This document shows positions 12,337-23,545 of a stretch of DNA of 64,000 bases, piece after piece. The notes below the pieces were generated by a model. It had not been told where the DNA came from. It made no database searches and saw nothing but the letters and a program-made list of their open reading frames with translations. The stretch is from Paraspadella gotoi (Eukaryota > Animalia > Chaetognatha). The translations under genes were made by a program, and so were the position numbers. The first letter of the stretch is position 1, and each line of letters opens with the position of its first letter. The stretch is from the NCBI GenBank assembly GCA_051294375.1, contig CM119263.1, positions 21,264,268 through 21,328,267 on the forward strand, read 5' to 3'.

Positions 12337-15300
12337 AGAGAGAAAGAAAGATCGTCGAACAGATGGTTCAGCTAATTTTATTGCTTCAACCTCCGATAAA
12401 ATCAGGCATTAGTTAATCGATAATCGCGATCATTCCTTATGAAAGCGGTTTGTTCACGTCGTAAGAGTAGTAAGAGGACATTCGCAGTTACTCAGTAATT
12501 AGCCAATCACCACTCCAATCAAGATCAACAATACCAATCAAAACCAAAATCTCCCCCACCAGGATTTCCTGCGACGCCTTGGAGGCGCCATTTCAAGCAA
12601 CGCCATCTTCGACGACGACGGCGACGACGACGACGATAGCGCCGACGACGACGACGACGCTGCCGACGATAAAACTAAATCAGTCCCCTCAGAAACAAGT
12701 GGATCTGTCGACGCTGACTCAGCGACTCGAGAAGTGCAAGGCAGAGATGGAAGCGAGAGAAAAAAGGTTTGTCTTTGCATTCATAGGAGAAACTATTGTC
12801 TCGTCTATGGTGGTTTTTGGTCTCTTACGATTCCCTTTGTCTTTTTATTCCAGTGCCTCGGATTTCAGCCTCCCAGTGACGCCACCTAAATCCCCGTGTC
12901 TAAAAAGTGAGGTCGACGTCGATTGCGAAGCCAGGGTAATTTAAATTTTGAACAAATATATTAAAAATGATTTAATAATATATACTAAAAATGTTTTAGA
13001 TGATAATTAAACTTTAATATTTAAAATGATAATAATTCCGTAAACTTTTTTGTTTAATTTTGTACGAAATACTTTTTTATCTTAATATATACGTAGCTAT
13101 TAGAGCCCCCTTTTTTTCAGAAATAGTTATCCTTAATAAAGTAATGTTAAAAAGAAATTTTATCAAAGTCCAATCTTCCCAGGACCTCCCCGCCGTCGAC
13201 GAACCCCGCTCCGCGTCGCCAACGTCGGAAGCCGACGCCGTCTCCATGACGACGAGCGTCTCTACGGCGATCCACGTCGCAATCGACGACGACGACGCCG
13301 CCACTCCCACCAAGGCGTCCACGATCACTCCGACGACGACGGCTTCCAATCAGGAAGGTGATTGCCGAACATCGGACCAATCACCGTCGTCAACCGGCGC
13401 TGACCAATCGCGAACTAGGAACGGGGATCATTCGCCGCTCAGGAGAGAGGAATCGTCGAAAGAGTCGCGACCGAGAGTAGAGGGCGTAGGGATCGGCCGG
13501 ACGATGCCGTCGGCGTCGAGAGATAAGTCACCGTCACCGGACAGTCGGACGGCGTTGGAGCCTTTAGACCGGAGTAAGTCTTATAGATTTATAGCCTTTA
13601 CAATATATTACACTATACTATAAGATACTACAGTTTACTTTCCTTAATCTATACTTTCTCCCTTCCCTTTCTATCTTCTTTTCTTTTGTTCCTTTGTTCT
13701 TTCGCTTCTTTCCATCATCTCTCTCTGGCCTACTTCCTTCCTTTCCTCATTTTCTCCTTATCCTCCTTCTTTCCTTTCAACCATCGACCGTACAACTACT
13801 TTCCTCTCTTTCTTTCTTCTTTCCTCACATTCTTCCCTATTTGTTTTTTCCTTCCTTCCTTCTTTTCTTCCTTCCCTTCTTCCCTTCAATCCTTTTCCTC
13901 CAGTGCTGATTGACGCCTCTAAACGCGGCGACCTGGCCAAGATCAAAGAGCTCGTCCCGCGCGGCGCCGACTTCACAAAAACCGATCACTACGGGATGAC
14001 GTCGCTGCATCACGCCGCCCGATTCGGTCACAAGGAGGTCGTCAAGTACATCATTGACAACGGTGAGCAAAAGATGTCGCTCTACATTTGTCGGTTGTTC
14101 ATTTGTCGTGTGATTATTCATAATAATTTATAAAATGAAAAAAATTTACCAAATAAAATACCACGTCATTGAAAATTAAAACAGCTACTGTGGAAATTAA
14201 GTCTTGTGAGAAAGCTATTAAAAATAATACTGCAGAGCATTAAACCCATCATAGTCTGTCCAAAGTCCGGGGTAAAAATACAGGGTAGTGAATAGAATCT
14301 TAGAATAGTATTTCCCTTCTGATTTTATAGGCAAAAAGTTATTGTCTTTTTATAATACACTAAAATAATCACTGACGTTTTCTCTTTCTGATATAGGTTT
14401 TATTTTCCTCATGCTCTTACAATACGCTGCGCTACTACAAAGAATGCAACATTGGTCAAATTTGCTCTGCGCCAGTTTAGCGCTTAAAAACATTACTAAA
14501 TATATTTATGTTCCCTAGCACCCGATGCGTCACAAAAAAAAATGAAGTGATACGGATTTTCAAAGTTTTGAATCACTACCCTGTAGATTGTTTAACCGGA
14601 TAGTTTTTCTATTGATTGTACCAAGTTCTCACCCTCAGCTCCAGCCTCCATCCTGGACATGACCGACGGGGAAAAGGGTCAGACGGCGCTTCACAAAGCG
14701 GCGTGGTTCCAGCGCCGCACCATTTGCGTCATGTTGGTCGGCGCCGGCGCATCACTCACCAAAACCGACTTTCAGGGCAAAACGCCGAGGATTCAAGTGA
14801 GTTTTTGTTTCTATATGTTTGTACGTATAAGTTTAAGTCTATATGTATATATATATATGAACATATTGAGTAAAGCGTAGTAAAAATTTTAATTTTAACT
14901 TTAAGAAGGAATGAATTTACACAGAAGGCTATATTTATATATAGTACTAACCTTATAAATTTAAAAATTTTAAATTTGTTTTTTATCAGATTTTTTTATA
15001 GATTTGAATTTGTCATGAAAAGTTGATAAAAAGAAATATAACTCTTTTTGAGAAATTCTTTCATTAAGTGAGTCAAAAATCATAAAAACCTATAAAAACT
15101 AACTTTGTATATATTAAATATATTTTTTTAAATTTTTGACCCACTTAATGAAGGAATTTTTAAAAATGATTTAGATTTTCTTTTATCAACTTTTGGCGAG
15201 TAATTCAAATCTACCATCAAAATTAAAAAAAGCCCATTTTGAAATTTTAAGATTTTATAAATATATATATATAAATATAGCCTACTGCGAAAATTAAAAA

Positions 15301-16116
15301 AACATATTTTTTTTATACAAATTAAAGTTTACTGGTGTTACGTTGTTCATAATTGAATTTTAGAATTTTCATACGTAACTTTCAGTACGCTCTAATAATT
15401 ATATATATAATATTAGTAATATTGAGTGTTCCGCTAGAAATGCGCGTAGAGTTGTATCAGATCAAAAACAGGATTGCTTTCTTTTTTTTTTAACCATTTT
15501 TTTAAAGATAAGAACGTTTAAAAAAAAAAAGAATTCATCGTTTAAATTTCGTAATCACTTCTTGGCATCAACCGGATCTCCGTCCGTGTTTCAAAACTTA
15601 CCGCCTTTTTCCGTCAGCGATTCGGGTTATAATCGAATTAAATCGAAGAAAAACAAACAAAAAGTTAAACAATAATGAGAGTTAGTCCGGGGTTTTTTGT
15701 TTTTTTTTCCCACTCTCGCCGGTTAATTTGTCTTGGCCGTCATTTACCCGAGAAACGGGGTCGAGAGACTCGGCAATTAGAAGCAAACGATTTATTTTTT
15801 AGTTAATAAAATGTTGGTTGGTTATTTCTTGTTTACATGATATTTTCTGATAATTATCCGAAACGATTTCGCTCAGTAATCGAGTATTGAAGTATCGATC
15901 TGAAATACGGAGCATGTTTTTCCCTTTCGCTTATCACACTTCGACCGCGCCCTCCCTAACCCCCATCTCCAAACCCACCTGAAACCCCAACCCCGACGCC
16001 AACCACTTTCTCTCCTCCAGGCGTTGCGGGCCGAGGACAGCGAGCTGGCCGCCTACCTCGAAGGACACGAGCATTTCCAACTCATCGCGACGGAGAATCA
16101 AGAGACGGCCGTATGA
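7564..16116 (+). CDS. DGKZ/DGKI-like: Diacylglycerol kinase type IV (DGK zeta/iota, rdgA-like), 3' exons only; 5' exons lie upstream of the window
   Basis: GT-AG exons with consistent phases: 7564-7633 (...LGQRWCFLD), 7927-8039 ([34 protein letters not shown]), 8276-8355, 12166-12285, 12563-12766, 12854-12935, 13183-13573, 13904-14062 (ankyrin [10 protein letters not shown]...[18 protein letters not shown]), 14639-14796 ([27 protein letters not shown]), 16021-16116 (ELAAYLE...ENQETAV*). Matches recalled DGK-zeta motifs WCFLD..RFYRIDRAQE..EIYILDPE and C-terminal ETAV. The linker exons (8276-13573) are less certain. Confidence 0.93.
8655..9348. mobile_element. Possible hAT-like MITE, TIR GTGTGCCAGAT
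   Basis: 11-bp inverted ends with repeated subterminal T(G/A)GCATA motifs; TSD not verified. Confidence 0.4.
9975..11157. mobile_element. Longer non-autonomous DNA transposon related to 14281-14583
   Basis: The first ~235 bp and last ~65 bp match the 303-bp MITE; ~0.9 kb of extra internal sequence has no long ORF. Confidence 0.6.
11165..11813. mobile_element. Fold-back MITE, TIR AGGCGTAGT(G/A)AAA; related inverted copy at ~14873-15392
   Basis: Terminal and internal inverted repeats (aaattctttcnttaagtggg / cccacttaatgaaggaattt) are present in both copies. Confidence 0.65.
11821..12085 (-). mobile_element. Solo LTR of the same family as 21834-22118
   Basis: Minus strand TGTAATCGG...GGGGCGTGGAAAACC..AAGCCTGGTTCCAAGCC..GGGGGTTAAA..TATTCACA. 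Similarity stops at TG and CA. Flanks tgta/tata may be an imperfect 4-bp TSD. Confidence 0.65.
14281..14583. mobile_element. TA-flanked MITE, TIR CAGGGTAGTGA
   Basis: ta|CAGGGTAGTGAAT...AATCACTACCCTG|ta. Both ends are shared with the longer copy at 9975-11157. Confidence 0.75.
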
Positions 16117-17699
16117 CATTCGACCTCGCCGACGCCACGGAGAGCGGGCACTTGGCGTCTGGTCGTCAGGTGACGCCGAGGACCTGTCGTCGTCGTTGTT
16201 GTTGTTGTCATTTTTCTCACCAAGCACTTTCCTAACAAACCAATGTCATAATAAAATTTTAATTACGATGGTAATTGCGCCGTCAAAAAGAAAAAGATTA
16301 TATTTTCTTATGTATTCCCGATTCACATCTTTACCCTTTTGTCTCCCTCACAACCTCGCTCGATTCTCAGCTGGATTCTGAATCCCTGTCAATGCATCCC
16401 TTAACCCGCAACCGCCGACCCGGATCCCTCGTTTCTCGCCTTACATCCGGGGAGGTTGAAATCACAAGATGGCGTCGGCCCCGCCCACTTCCGGTGAAAG
16501 AGCAAAATGAAAAATAGAAAAATGGAAAACCCCGCGAGTGAAGCTGATCACCCGCCGGCTGCTTAGAAAAATCAGTTAGCGAACATAGTAGCTCGTATTC
16601 GGTACAGCGTCATCTAATCTAATGAGGACGAATTAGAAAATGATTTTAGTATCATATCTCGATTGGCCTCCAATCTCTCGTCTCACCGCCACCCTTTCCC
16701 CCTCAACCCCTCCTCCTCCTCATCAGCCTCGATCAACACTTGTTTCACAACTTTGCCGATTTTTTTTTCTCTCTCTCTCTTTCTCTTTCTCTTTTTCCTC
16801 TCCCTTATCCAAAGAACTAAAACAACAAAACAACACCACTACATAGAGTTGCCTTTCCCCTTTTCTTTTTTTTCTCCTTTGCCGCGACACAATTCATTAC
16901 GCCCGAGATTAAAAAAAAATATAAACAAAACGAAAAAAATATTTATTTTTTAGCTATTGAATGATTTTTAGATTTTGATCTCACAAAAAACAACCAGAAA
17001 ACTTTTTGTTTCCAATTAAAACTACAAAACGATAAGCGTTTTTCCTCGCACGTTTAAATCTCTCTTTTTTTTTTTTTGAATACCCCGTTCGCTCCTGCAA
17101 CAAAGAAACACGCACTCTTTCTAATCAATTACAACCACGAAAAACACACCAAAATCCTCTTTTTCCTCCTCTCCTCCTGCTCCTCCTCGTCCTTCCTTTT
17201 AAAAAAAAATGATTAAAAAAACTGTGATAGTAAAATTTTTCCCTCGTTTTCTCCTTTTTCGATGTACACGTTCGCATTAACGATTCCTTCGGCATTATTA
17301 CTACTATTACAATCATTAACATTATTACAATTATTACTCGCTATCTCCTCGACGTCCGTTCTCGTTTGAAACGGCGGCCATTTTTTTTAAATGTTACTTA
17401 ATAATTATATTTTTTTGGTTTACAAATTAACTGCCACCCTTTTCTCCCGTTATAAAAGAATTAGTTTTACGCCTCATAAATAACATATATATGGCTACTT
17501 TTAAAAACCAAAATAAAAAAAAACAAAACGAATCAAAAAACTTTAAAAAAATAATATTTCGTTCAATAATAAATATTTTTTTTGTAGCACATCATTCGAG
17601 AAGCACCTTGAATAACATAGAATTTTTGTTTTTAATTTACCATGATAGTTTTTTTCCATATTCCTCGAAAGATTAGAATCCTATTGATATGCAAATTTT

Positions 17700-17757
<58 letters not shown>

Positions 17758-18307
17758 ATGCCCTTAGTCCCATCAAGGAAATTAGCTTACCTGGTCGTTC
17801 AATTAAAATTTTTCTGTCAAACCTACACTAGTGTACGAACGAACTAAGAAAACCAAATTTAGAAAAACCTAGAACATTGCGAAATGTTAAAAGAAAATAA
17901 AAGACTACATTTAATATTAACAACTGAACTAATCGTACTTCGTTCCTTTGGCTGCACATTAGGTTAGCGGATTACTAAATTGTATCTCCTGCGCAAAGAG
18001 CGCAAATTTGAAGAGTAACTTCCATTTTTGGAGTTAAATTGTATATTGGATTAAACATTTCCATTCCTACATGCGAAAAACTAATAAAGTACTCGAAACT
18101 AACTTAAAAATATGTGTGTTTTTTCTCAAAATTAATTTAATTACATTTATCTCGCAAGACGGGCTAGATTTTGCTTCGGCTCAGCTTTTTTGTGACATCG
18201 TCGTCGTCACGTTTTTTTTCTTATATAGTTTTGACTGGGGCTTGCAATTTTTTTTTTAAATAAAAACTACTACAAATTACAAAAGATTTTTAAAATTAAT
18301 TACTAGG

Positions 18308-18430
18308 ATATAGAGCCATATGAGAAATTTTTTGTCCATTGAAAGTATACTTAAAAATGTATAAATTTTCGTTTGAGCAGGTACTCACTCTAAATTTTTG
18401 ACTCGCCCCATTGAGTGCAGCTACCTCTAA
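18308..18430 (+). repeat. ~125-bp interspersed repeat, second copy at 61603-61715
   Basis: tatagagccatat..ttttgtncattgaaagtat..ttaaaaatgtataaatttt..aaatttttgactcncc..attgag..gctacc is shared by both sites. Confidence 0.65.
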
Positions 18431-18537
18431 CTATATAGACTAAATATTTGTATAAGTTCTTTTTATTTGTTGTATTGGTAGATTTATTAAGAAAAACGAA
18501 AGTTTTCAATTGCAAAAACAACGATTTTTAATACAGA

Positions 18538-18581
18538 GACGTACATGTTTCGACTCTGTGTTTCGAGTCTTCATCAGCGTT
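18538..18581 (-). ncRNA. Minimal type I hammerhead ribozyme, intact core
   Basis: Minus strand reads acg-CUGAUGA-a-GACUC-gaaacaca-GAGUC-GAAA-cau-GUA-cgu: stem I acg/cgu, 5-bp stem II, palindromic stem III ACAUGU, cleavage triplet GUA. Confidence 0.85.
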
Positions 18582-18632
18582 TTGATTTTTAGCTAAATTT
18601 TTATTACAAACATTAAGTTGGTGAGAGAGAGA

Positions 18633-18669
<37 letters not shown>

Positions 18670-18980
18670 GGAGGGAGAGAGAGAGAGAGTTTCCAACAAA
18701 GAATTGAGAAAGGTTATTAATTAATTAATTCCACTCATACCTTGGAAGGTTGTCAACAACGAGAAGGACCATTTGGCCAATGTAGAGATTTTCTTCTGTT
18801 TCTTGCCACTTGGAGAGTGGTGAGATACTCTGCACTCCACCTGTCCCAGAATTGGGCTTGAAGCTTGCGAGATTTTCTTCATTTTCCCCGGGCGTGAAAT
18901 AGAAACTCCTTCACAAAGTTCCTCACCTTCAGCTGTCTTTTAAATCTGACCACTGTCCTTTCTCAATTCTTTGTTTGAAA

Positions 18981-19018
<38 letters not shown>

Positions 19019-19092
19019 TCTCTCTCTCTCTCTTTCCTTCTCTCTCTCTCACCAACTCAATGTTTGTAATAAAAATTTAGCTTAAAATCAAA

Positions 19093-19134
19093 ACGCTGAT
19101 GAAGACTCGAAACAATGAGTCGAAGCATGTACGT
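19093..19134 (+). ncRNA. Minimal type I hammerhead ribozyme with core variant GAAG
   Basis: acg-CUGAUGA-a-GACUC-gaaacaau-GAGUC-GAAG-cau-GUA-cgu; A15.1 is replaced by G. Confidence 0.7.
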
Positions 19135-19934
19135 CTCTGTAATAAAAATCGTTGTTTTTACAATTAAAAACTTTTGTTTTTCTTAATAAGACTAATTCTA
19201 TAATATTCTTTTCCTGAAATAAAAAAATAGAAAAATAATTAAACATCATTTATAGATCTCTACTAAATTATGCTTAAACCTTATTGAATACAATTTAATA
19301 CCATTAATGATTAACAGTTAAGGATATTAATTTTATGCTTATTCAACCTCTGATTAAGGAAATGAACTCTAACAAAAGAGTAAACCGCCTAACTAAAACT
19401 TAATAATAATTAAACTTCTGAACAAATAAAGAAATCCCTAAAAATGAGCAAGTTAACTCTTTAAGTAATAAAATGTCAAAGTATTATTATTAATTAATTA
19501 AAATATAACTATAACTATAACTCATGTTAATAATTAACATTGCTAAAAACTATATGTAACTACTGGAAAACTATAAAACAGAACAAATATTAAAATCCAA
19601 AATGAAAATAGACACATTTAGATTAATACTGCAATATTTAAATAAGATTGCGAAATTCCATCTCATTTAAGATCATATTAAATAACCATCTCTTACAGTT
19701 AGACTTCTCTTTTTCTTTCTCTCTCGCTTTCTCTCTCACTTTCACTCATACACTCATTTGATTGTTTTATTTAATATGAATGATTCATAGCGTTAATGAA
19801 TGACTATCATCGCATCAATGGATGATTATCATCACATCAATGAATGACTATCATCGCATCAATCATTTGGTTATCATCGCATCAATCATTTGGTTATCAT
19901 CGCATCAATTATTGGTTATTGGTTATAATAGCAT

Positions 19935-20133
19935 TGAAGAGACAGTAATTATTGTTTTGTGTGAGTGACAGAACCGTTCAATATAAGCAGTCCCTGAGCT
20001 TTGGATCAGGCTGTAACACCGTGTTACAGGCGGTTACAAGCGCCCCGTCCCTCTTAACTGCAAGGCAACCACCAGGCTAGAACTCTGGTCCTTTGGGTTG
20101 GGAGGCGAATAACTCCAGCACCAATGGCCACTG
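19935..20133 (-). mobile_element. tRNA-derived (Gly-like head) SINE
   Basis: Diverged copy of 32178-32378. The head GGCCATTGGTGC..ATTCGCCTCCCAACC..GTTCTAGCC resembles tRNA-Gly. Internal hairpin CTGTAACAC-c-GTGTTACAG; tail ACAATAATTACTGTCTCTTCA. Confidence 0.6.
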
Positions 20134-21833
20134 TAGGGAAAAGTGAATTGTTGTTGATAAAAAGTTGGTCACCAAGTTGAGGCATGTCGCCTGATGTGTT
20201 GTTGGTGGAAAGTGCATTTCCAGGTTGAGGCATGTCGCCTGAAAGTGTTGTTGTTGCTGTTGTGTTCGGAAGTCGGTCTCATCAATGAAGAGACAGTAAT
20301 TAATCCTCTTCCTCCTCCTCTCCTTCCGTCTCAACTTCACAATTTACGATACATCGACCTTTTCTTCATCTCTCTCTCTGTCTCTCTCTCTCTCCCTCTC
20401 TTTCTCTCTCTCTCTCACTCTCTCTCCCTCTCTTTCTCTCTCTTTCTCTCTCTCTCTCACTCATACACAAATTTGTATGTTTTATTGACGATGAATGACT
20501 CATCGCGTCAATAAATGACTATCACCTCATCAATCATTTTTTTCTCCAGATATTTTCATTAATTTTCTTTGATAGTAACGTCTAGCGAGATCAATATACT
20601 TTTAAGATTTTTTTTCCAAATTCACTATCAAAATATATTTTAAAATATTTTAAAACATTAGCTTTCGATCCATGAGAGATCCCCCCAACATTAGCGACCA
20701 AATATTCCATAGTCTTTATTTTTATCTTATTTTGAATCTCTCATCAAAAGTTTTCAGGGCAGGCCCCCTGGAATGCAGTTTCTTTCTTTTTTTTCTTTTT
20801 TCCTTTCCAATACATCCATTGCGATAAAATTGGCGAATTGTGTTTTTCCACTGTAGTGCTAGTCAATTAGAGAAACACGAAAGTTAGTTTAAAAACATTT
20901 ATTTTAAAATAGGACAAGAAAAAAAATAGTTAATTTGTTTTCTTATATTAATTTGAGATCGCCGCGTCTAAAGCGAGACAATAGGCAACTAGTGAGGAAC
21001 GAGAAATACAACAGAGTTCTTTGGCAACGTTTTGCAATTAAATTTATAGGTTACATGTTAAATGTTAAATGTTTTTATTGACATCATTATCATAATTAAC
21101 ATTAAAAAATATTTAAACAACTCATATCTACCAGCTGTAGAAAATTTAGGTATCTTCAACAATTCCACTTAGAATTTTTTGTGATAAACCTCCGCTGTAT
21201 TTCCAATAAGTTTCACAGATTGGACACCATCAAAACAAAAAAAGCAGACGAAATTTGAACCAAGGATTAAAAAAACGAGCCGAATTTTAAAAGGATGGGG
21301 ATAAAATTATTCACGATAAAACTGTACTCACAGAAAGAAATCAACTAACGTTTCAGAGTCACGGCTGCGGCAGTTGATTTCTCGATTTTAATGCTTTCAT
21401 TTTTTTTAAATAAATTATCATTATTTAATTTTCATTACAATATTTCTAAAAAAATATCCCATTTGCTTGATTTACTCCAAAAAAGCTGTTGCTATATAAA
21501 ACTTTTGAAAACTAATTTCAAAGAGCATTTCAAATTTTCTCTAGTTTTTGTTAACAAAAAACAAGTTTGAGCATTATGCTCAATGAGCAAACAATGTCGA
21601 ATCTGCCCACGATCATTAGCGGTAATAAATTAATTTATTAATTAATTAAATAATTAATTGCTTAATTTATTAATTTTTAATTTAATATTTTAATACTTAA
21701 CAATATAAAAAAACTATTCTGGAGCATCTACAGAATCAATGTATTTTTAATACCGCTCTTTTTTGACATATGAATGAAGATTCATCCCTGAATTTCTTCT
21801 AATCGAGATGATGCAATAACCATTTGGCATGAA

Positions 21834-22343
21834 TGTAGTCGGGCATTGCCTAGGTTCACCCTGCCTATCAGCATAACATCTTCAGTCGTGACCTGGTGGC
21901 TCATTGAGTAAAGCCATCAGCTCATGACCACTAGGTACTGGGTTCAAACCCAACCTACTACCTACCCTGGAGGAAGCGTGAGGACAGCCGTAAGCCACCT
22001 TTGGGGCGTGGAAAACCCTAAAGCCTGGTTCCAAGCCCAGGACCCGTTCCATGGCTGCAAGAGGGGGTTAAACAAGTTGCGGATAGCACTCTTCAGCCCC
22101 ACTTCAGCCTTATTCACACTGGTGCGCCCATCCTTTCGAGCGTATTCCAACCTTCTGATTCCAGGCCCATGGACTTGCTGAAGATTGCTCCCCTCCCTCC
22201 ACTGGAAGCAGTGCAGGGTGGGTTACAATCTGGGGGTCATGTAGTCGGGCATTGCCTAGGTTCACCCCGCCTACCCTGCAGGAAGTGTGAGGACGGCCGT
22301 AAGCCGCCTTGAGGGCGTGGAAAACCTCCAAGCCCAGGACCTG
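21834..22343 (+). mobile_element. TRIM-like miniature LTR element: LTR1 21834-22118, PBS-like site 22120, ~120-bp internal region, G-tract, internally deleted and truncated LTR2 22240-22343
   Basis: LTR1 runs TGTAGTCGGG...TATTCACA (TG..CA). TGGTGCGCCCA begins 1 nt after it. GGGGG lies just before a second TGTAGTCGGGCATTGCCTAGGTTCACCC. A solo copy at 11821-12085 has the same ends. Confidence 0.6.
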
Positions 22344-22371
22344 TTAATAGTAACAGTTTAACTCAAAAAGT

Positions 22372-22534
22372 TTAGCAATGAGAATTTGTTTTTAATTCAA
22401 CAACGATTTTATTTTTAATACAGACATGTTTCGGCTTTAATGCAAGCTTTCATCAGCGCTTTAAAGCCGAAACATCTCTGTTTTGAATTAAAAATAAAAT
22501 CGTTGTCGAATTAAAAACAAATTCTCTTTGCTAA
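22372..22534. repeat. ~160-bp palindrome containing a hammerhead-like motif (minus strand 22420-22459); Penelope pLTR remnant
   Basis: Arms ttagcaatgagaatttgtttttaattcaacaacgattttatttttaa and ttaaaaataaaatcgttgtcgaattaaaaacaaattctctttgctaa. Minus strand reads gcg-CUGAUGA-a-aGCUU-gcauua-AAGCc-GAAA-cau-GUC-ugu. Confidence 0.7.
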
Positions 22535-23545
22535 TCTCATAACAAAACGAATTAAAAGAATTTACGCAGCTCAAAAGTTATAAAAAAGAACCAGAAATTA
22601 GTAGTGTATTAGTAGAAATGAAAAGTGTAGAAATAAAAAAGATAAAAAAGAAAGAAGATTTTTTAATTAATTAATTGTCTAATTAATTAATGAATTAATT
22701 AAATTTAAAAATTTATTAATTAATTAATTAGATCCAAAATGTTTGTTTTTAGATCTTTTTGTCACTGATCACGACAAAAGCAACGATGACGATGATGGCG
22801 ACAACAATAATGCCGATAACGATTGACTTACTTGATTGATTGATTGAATTATTAGTTAATAGATAAAAAAATTGATTTATTGAATAATATATTGATTGTT
22901 TAATTGACTGATTAATTAATTATTTGAATTATTAATTAATTGAATAATTGATTAATTAACTGATTAATTATTTGATTAATTAATACTTCTTGCATTAGAA
23001 AAAGAAGCATAATAAATTAGTGAAAACGCGTTTTTTTGTTTTTTTCCTTTAAAACTCATTTTTACTCAAACGATTCCTTCGAAACTAAATTTCCAATCTA
23101 ATCACACACTTTCCTACCCACATTAAAAAATTCAGGTCAATTGCCCCATCCACTCTCGAGTAATTGGCGTTCAAAGAGTGAAATATATATATTTTTTTTT
23201 CATTTAAACTCATTTCCACTCCACTTCATTCCAATCCATCCATCTAAACAGATGGACAGATGGATGGACGGACATAATTTTTTTTGCATAATTTATCATA
23301 ATTTGAAGTTCTGACATGATCTAAGTGAATGCCCAACAAGATTGGGGGGGTGGACCGACCGACCGACAAAAAACGAGAAAAAACAATTGGGATTATTGAA
23401 ACGATGAGGTCAAATGATGGGGAAATTATCAACTTGCAAAACATTTTTCTAGCGCTGGAAATCTGACAACTTTTAAACTTCACTCGAGTCAAGCGGACAA
23501 CAAAGGGTGAATTTGTCGAGAAAGAAGGCAACAACAATGAGCTAT

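Larger units (their letters stand above)
18484..19189. mobile_element. Penelope-like element end with inverted pseudo-LTRs (arms 18484-18713 and 18957-19189)
   Basis: ~230-bp inverted arms, each with a (GA)n/(TC)n tract and a hammerhead motif. The spacer translates on + as HLESGEILCTPPVPELGLK, resembling the GIY-YIG tail REALEILTSPVV of the 6.2-kb element. Confidence 0.75.

Noticed and set aside
19795-19925. CRISPR-like array of 22-23-bp repeats
   Set aside because: Head-to-tail repeats without unique spacers, in eukaryotic DNA with no cas genes.
21895-21953. Functional tRNA gene
   Set aside because: A and B boxes are present but the acceptor and anticodon stems do not pair into a cloverleaf; it is embedded in a repeat.
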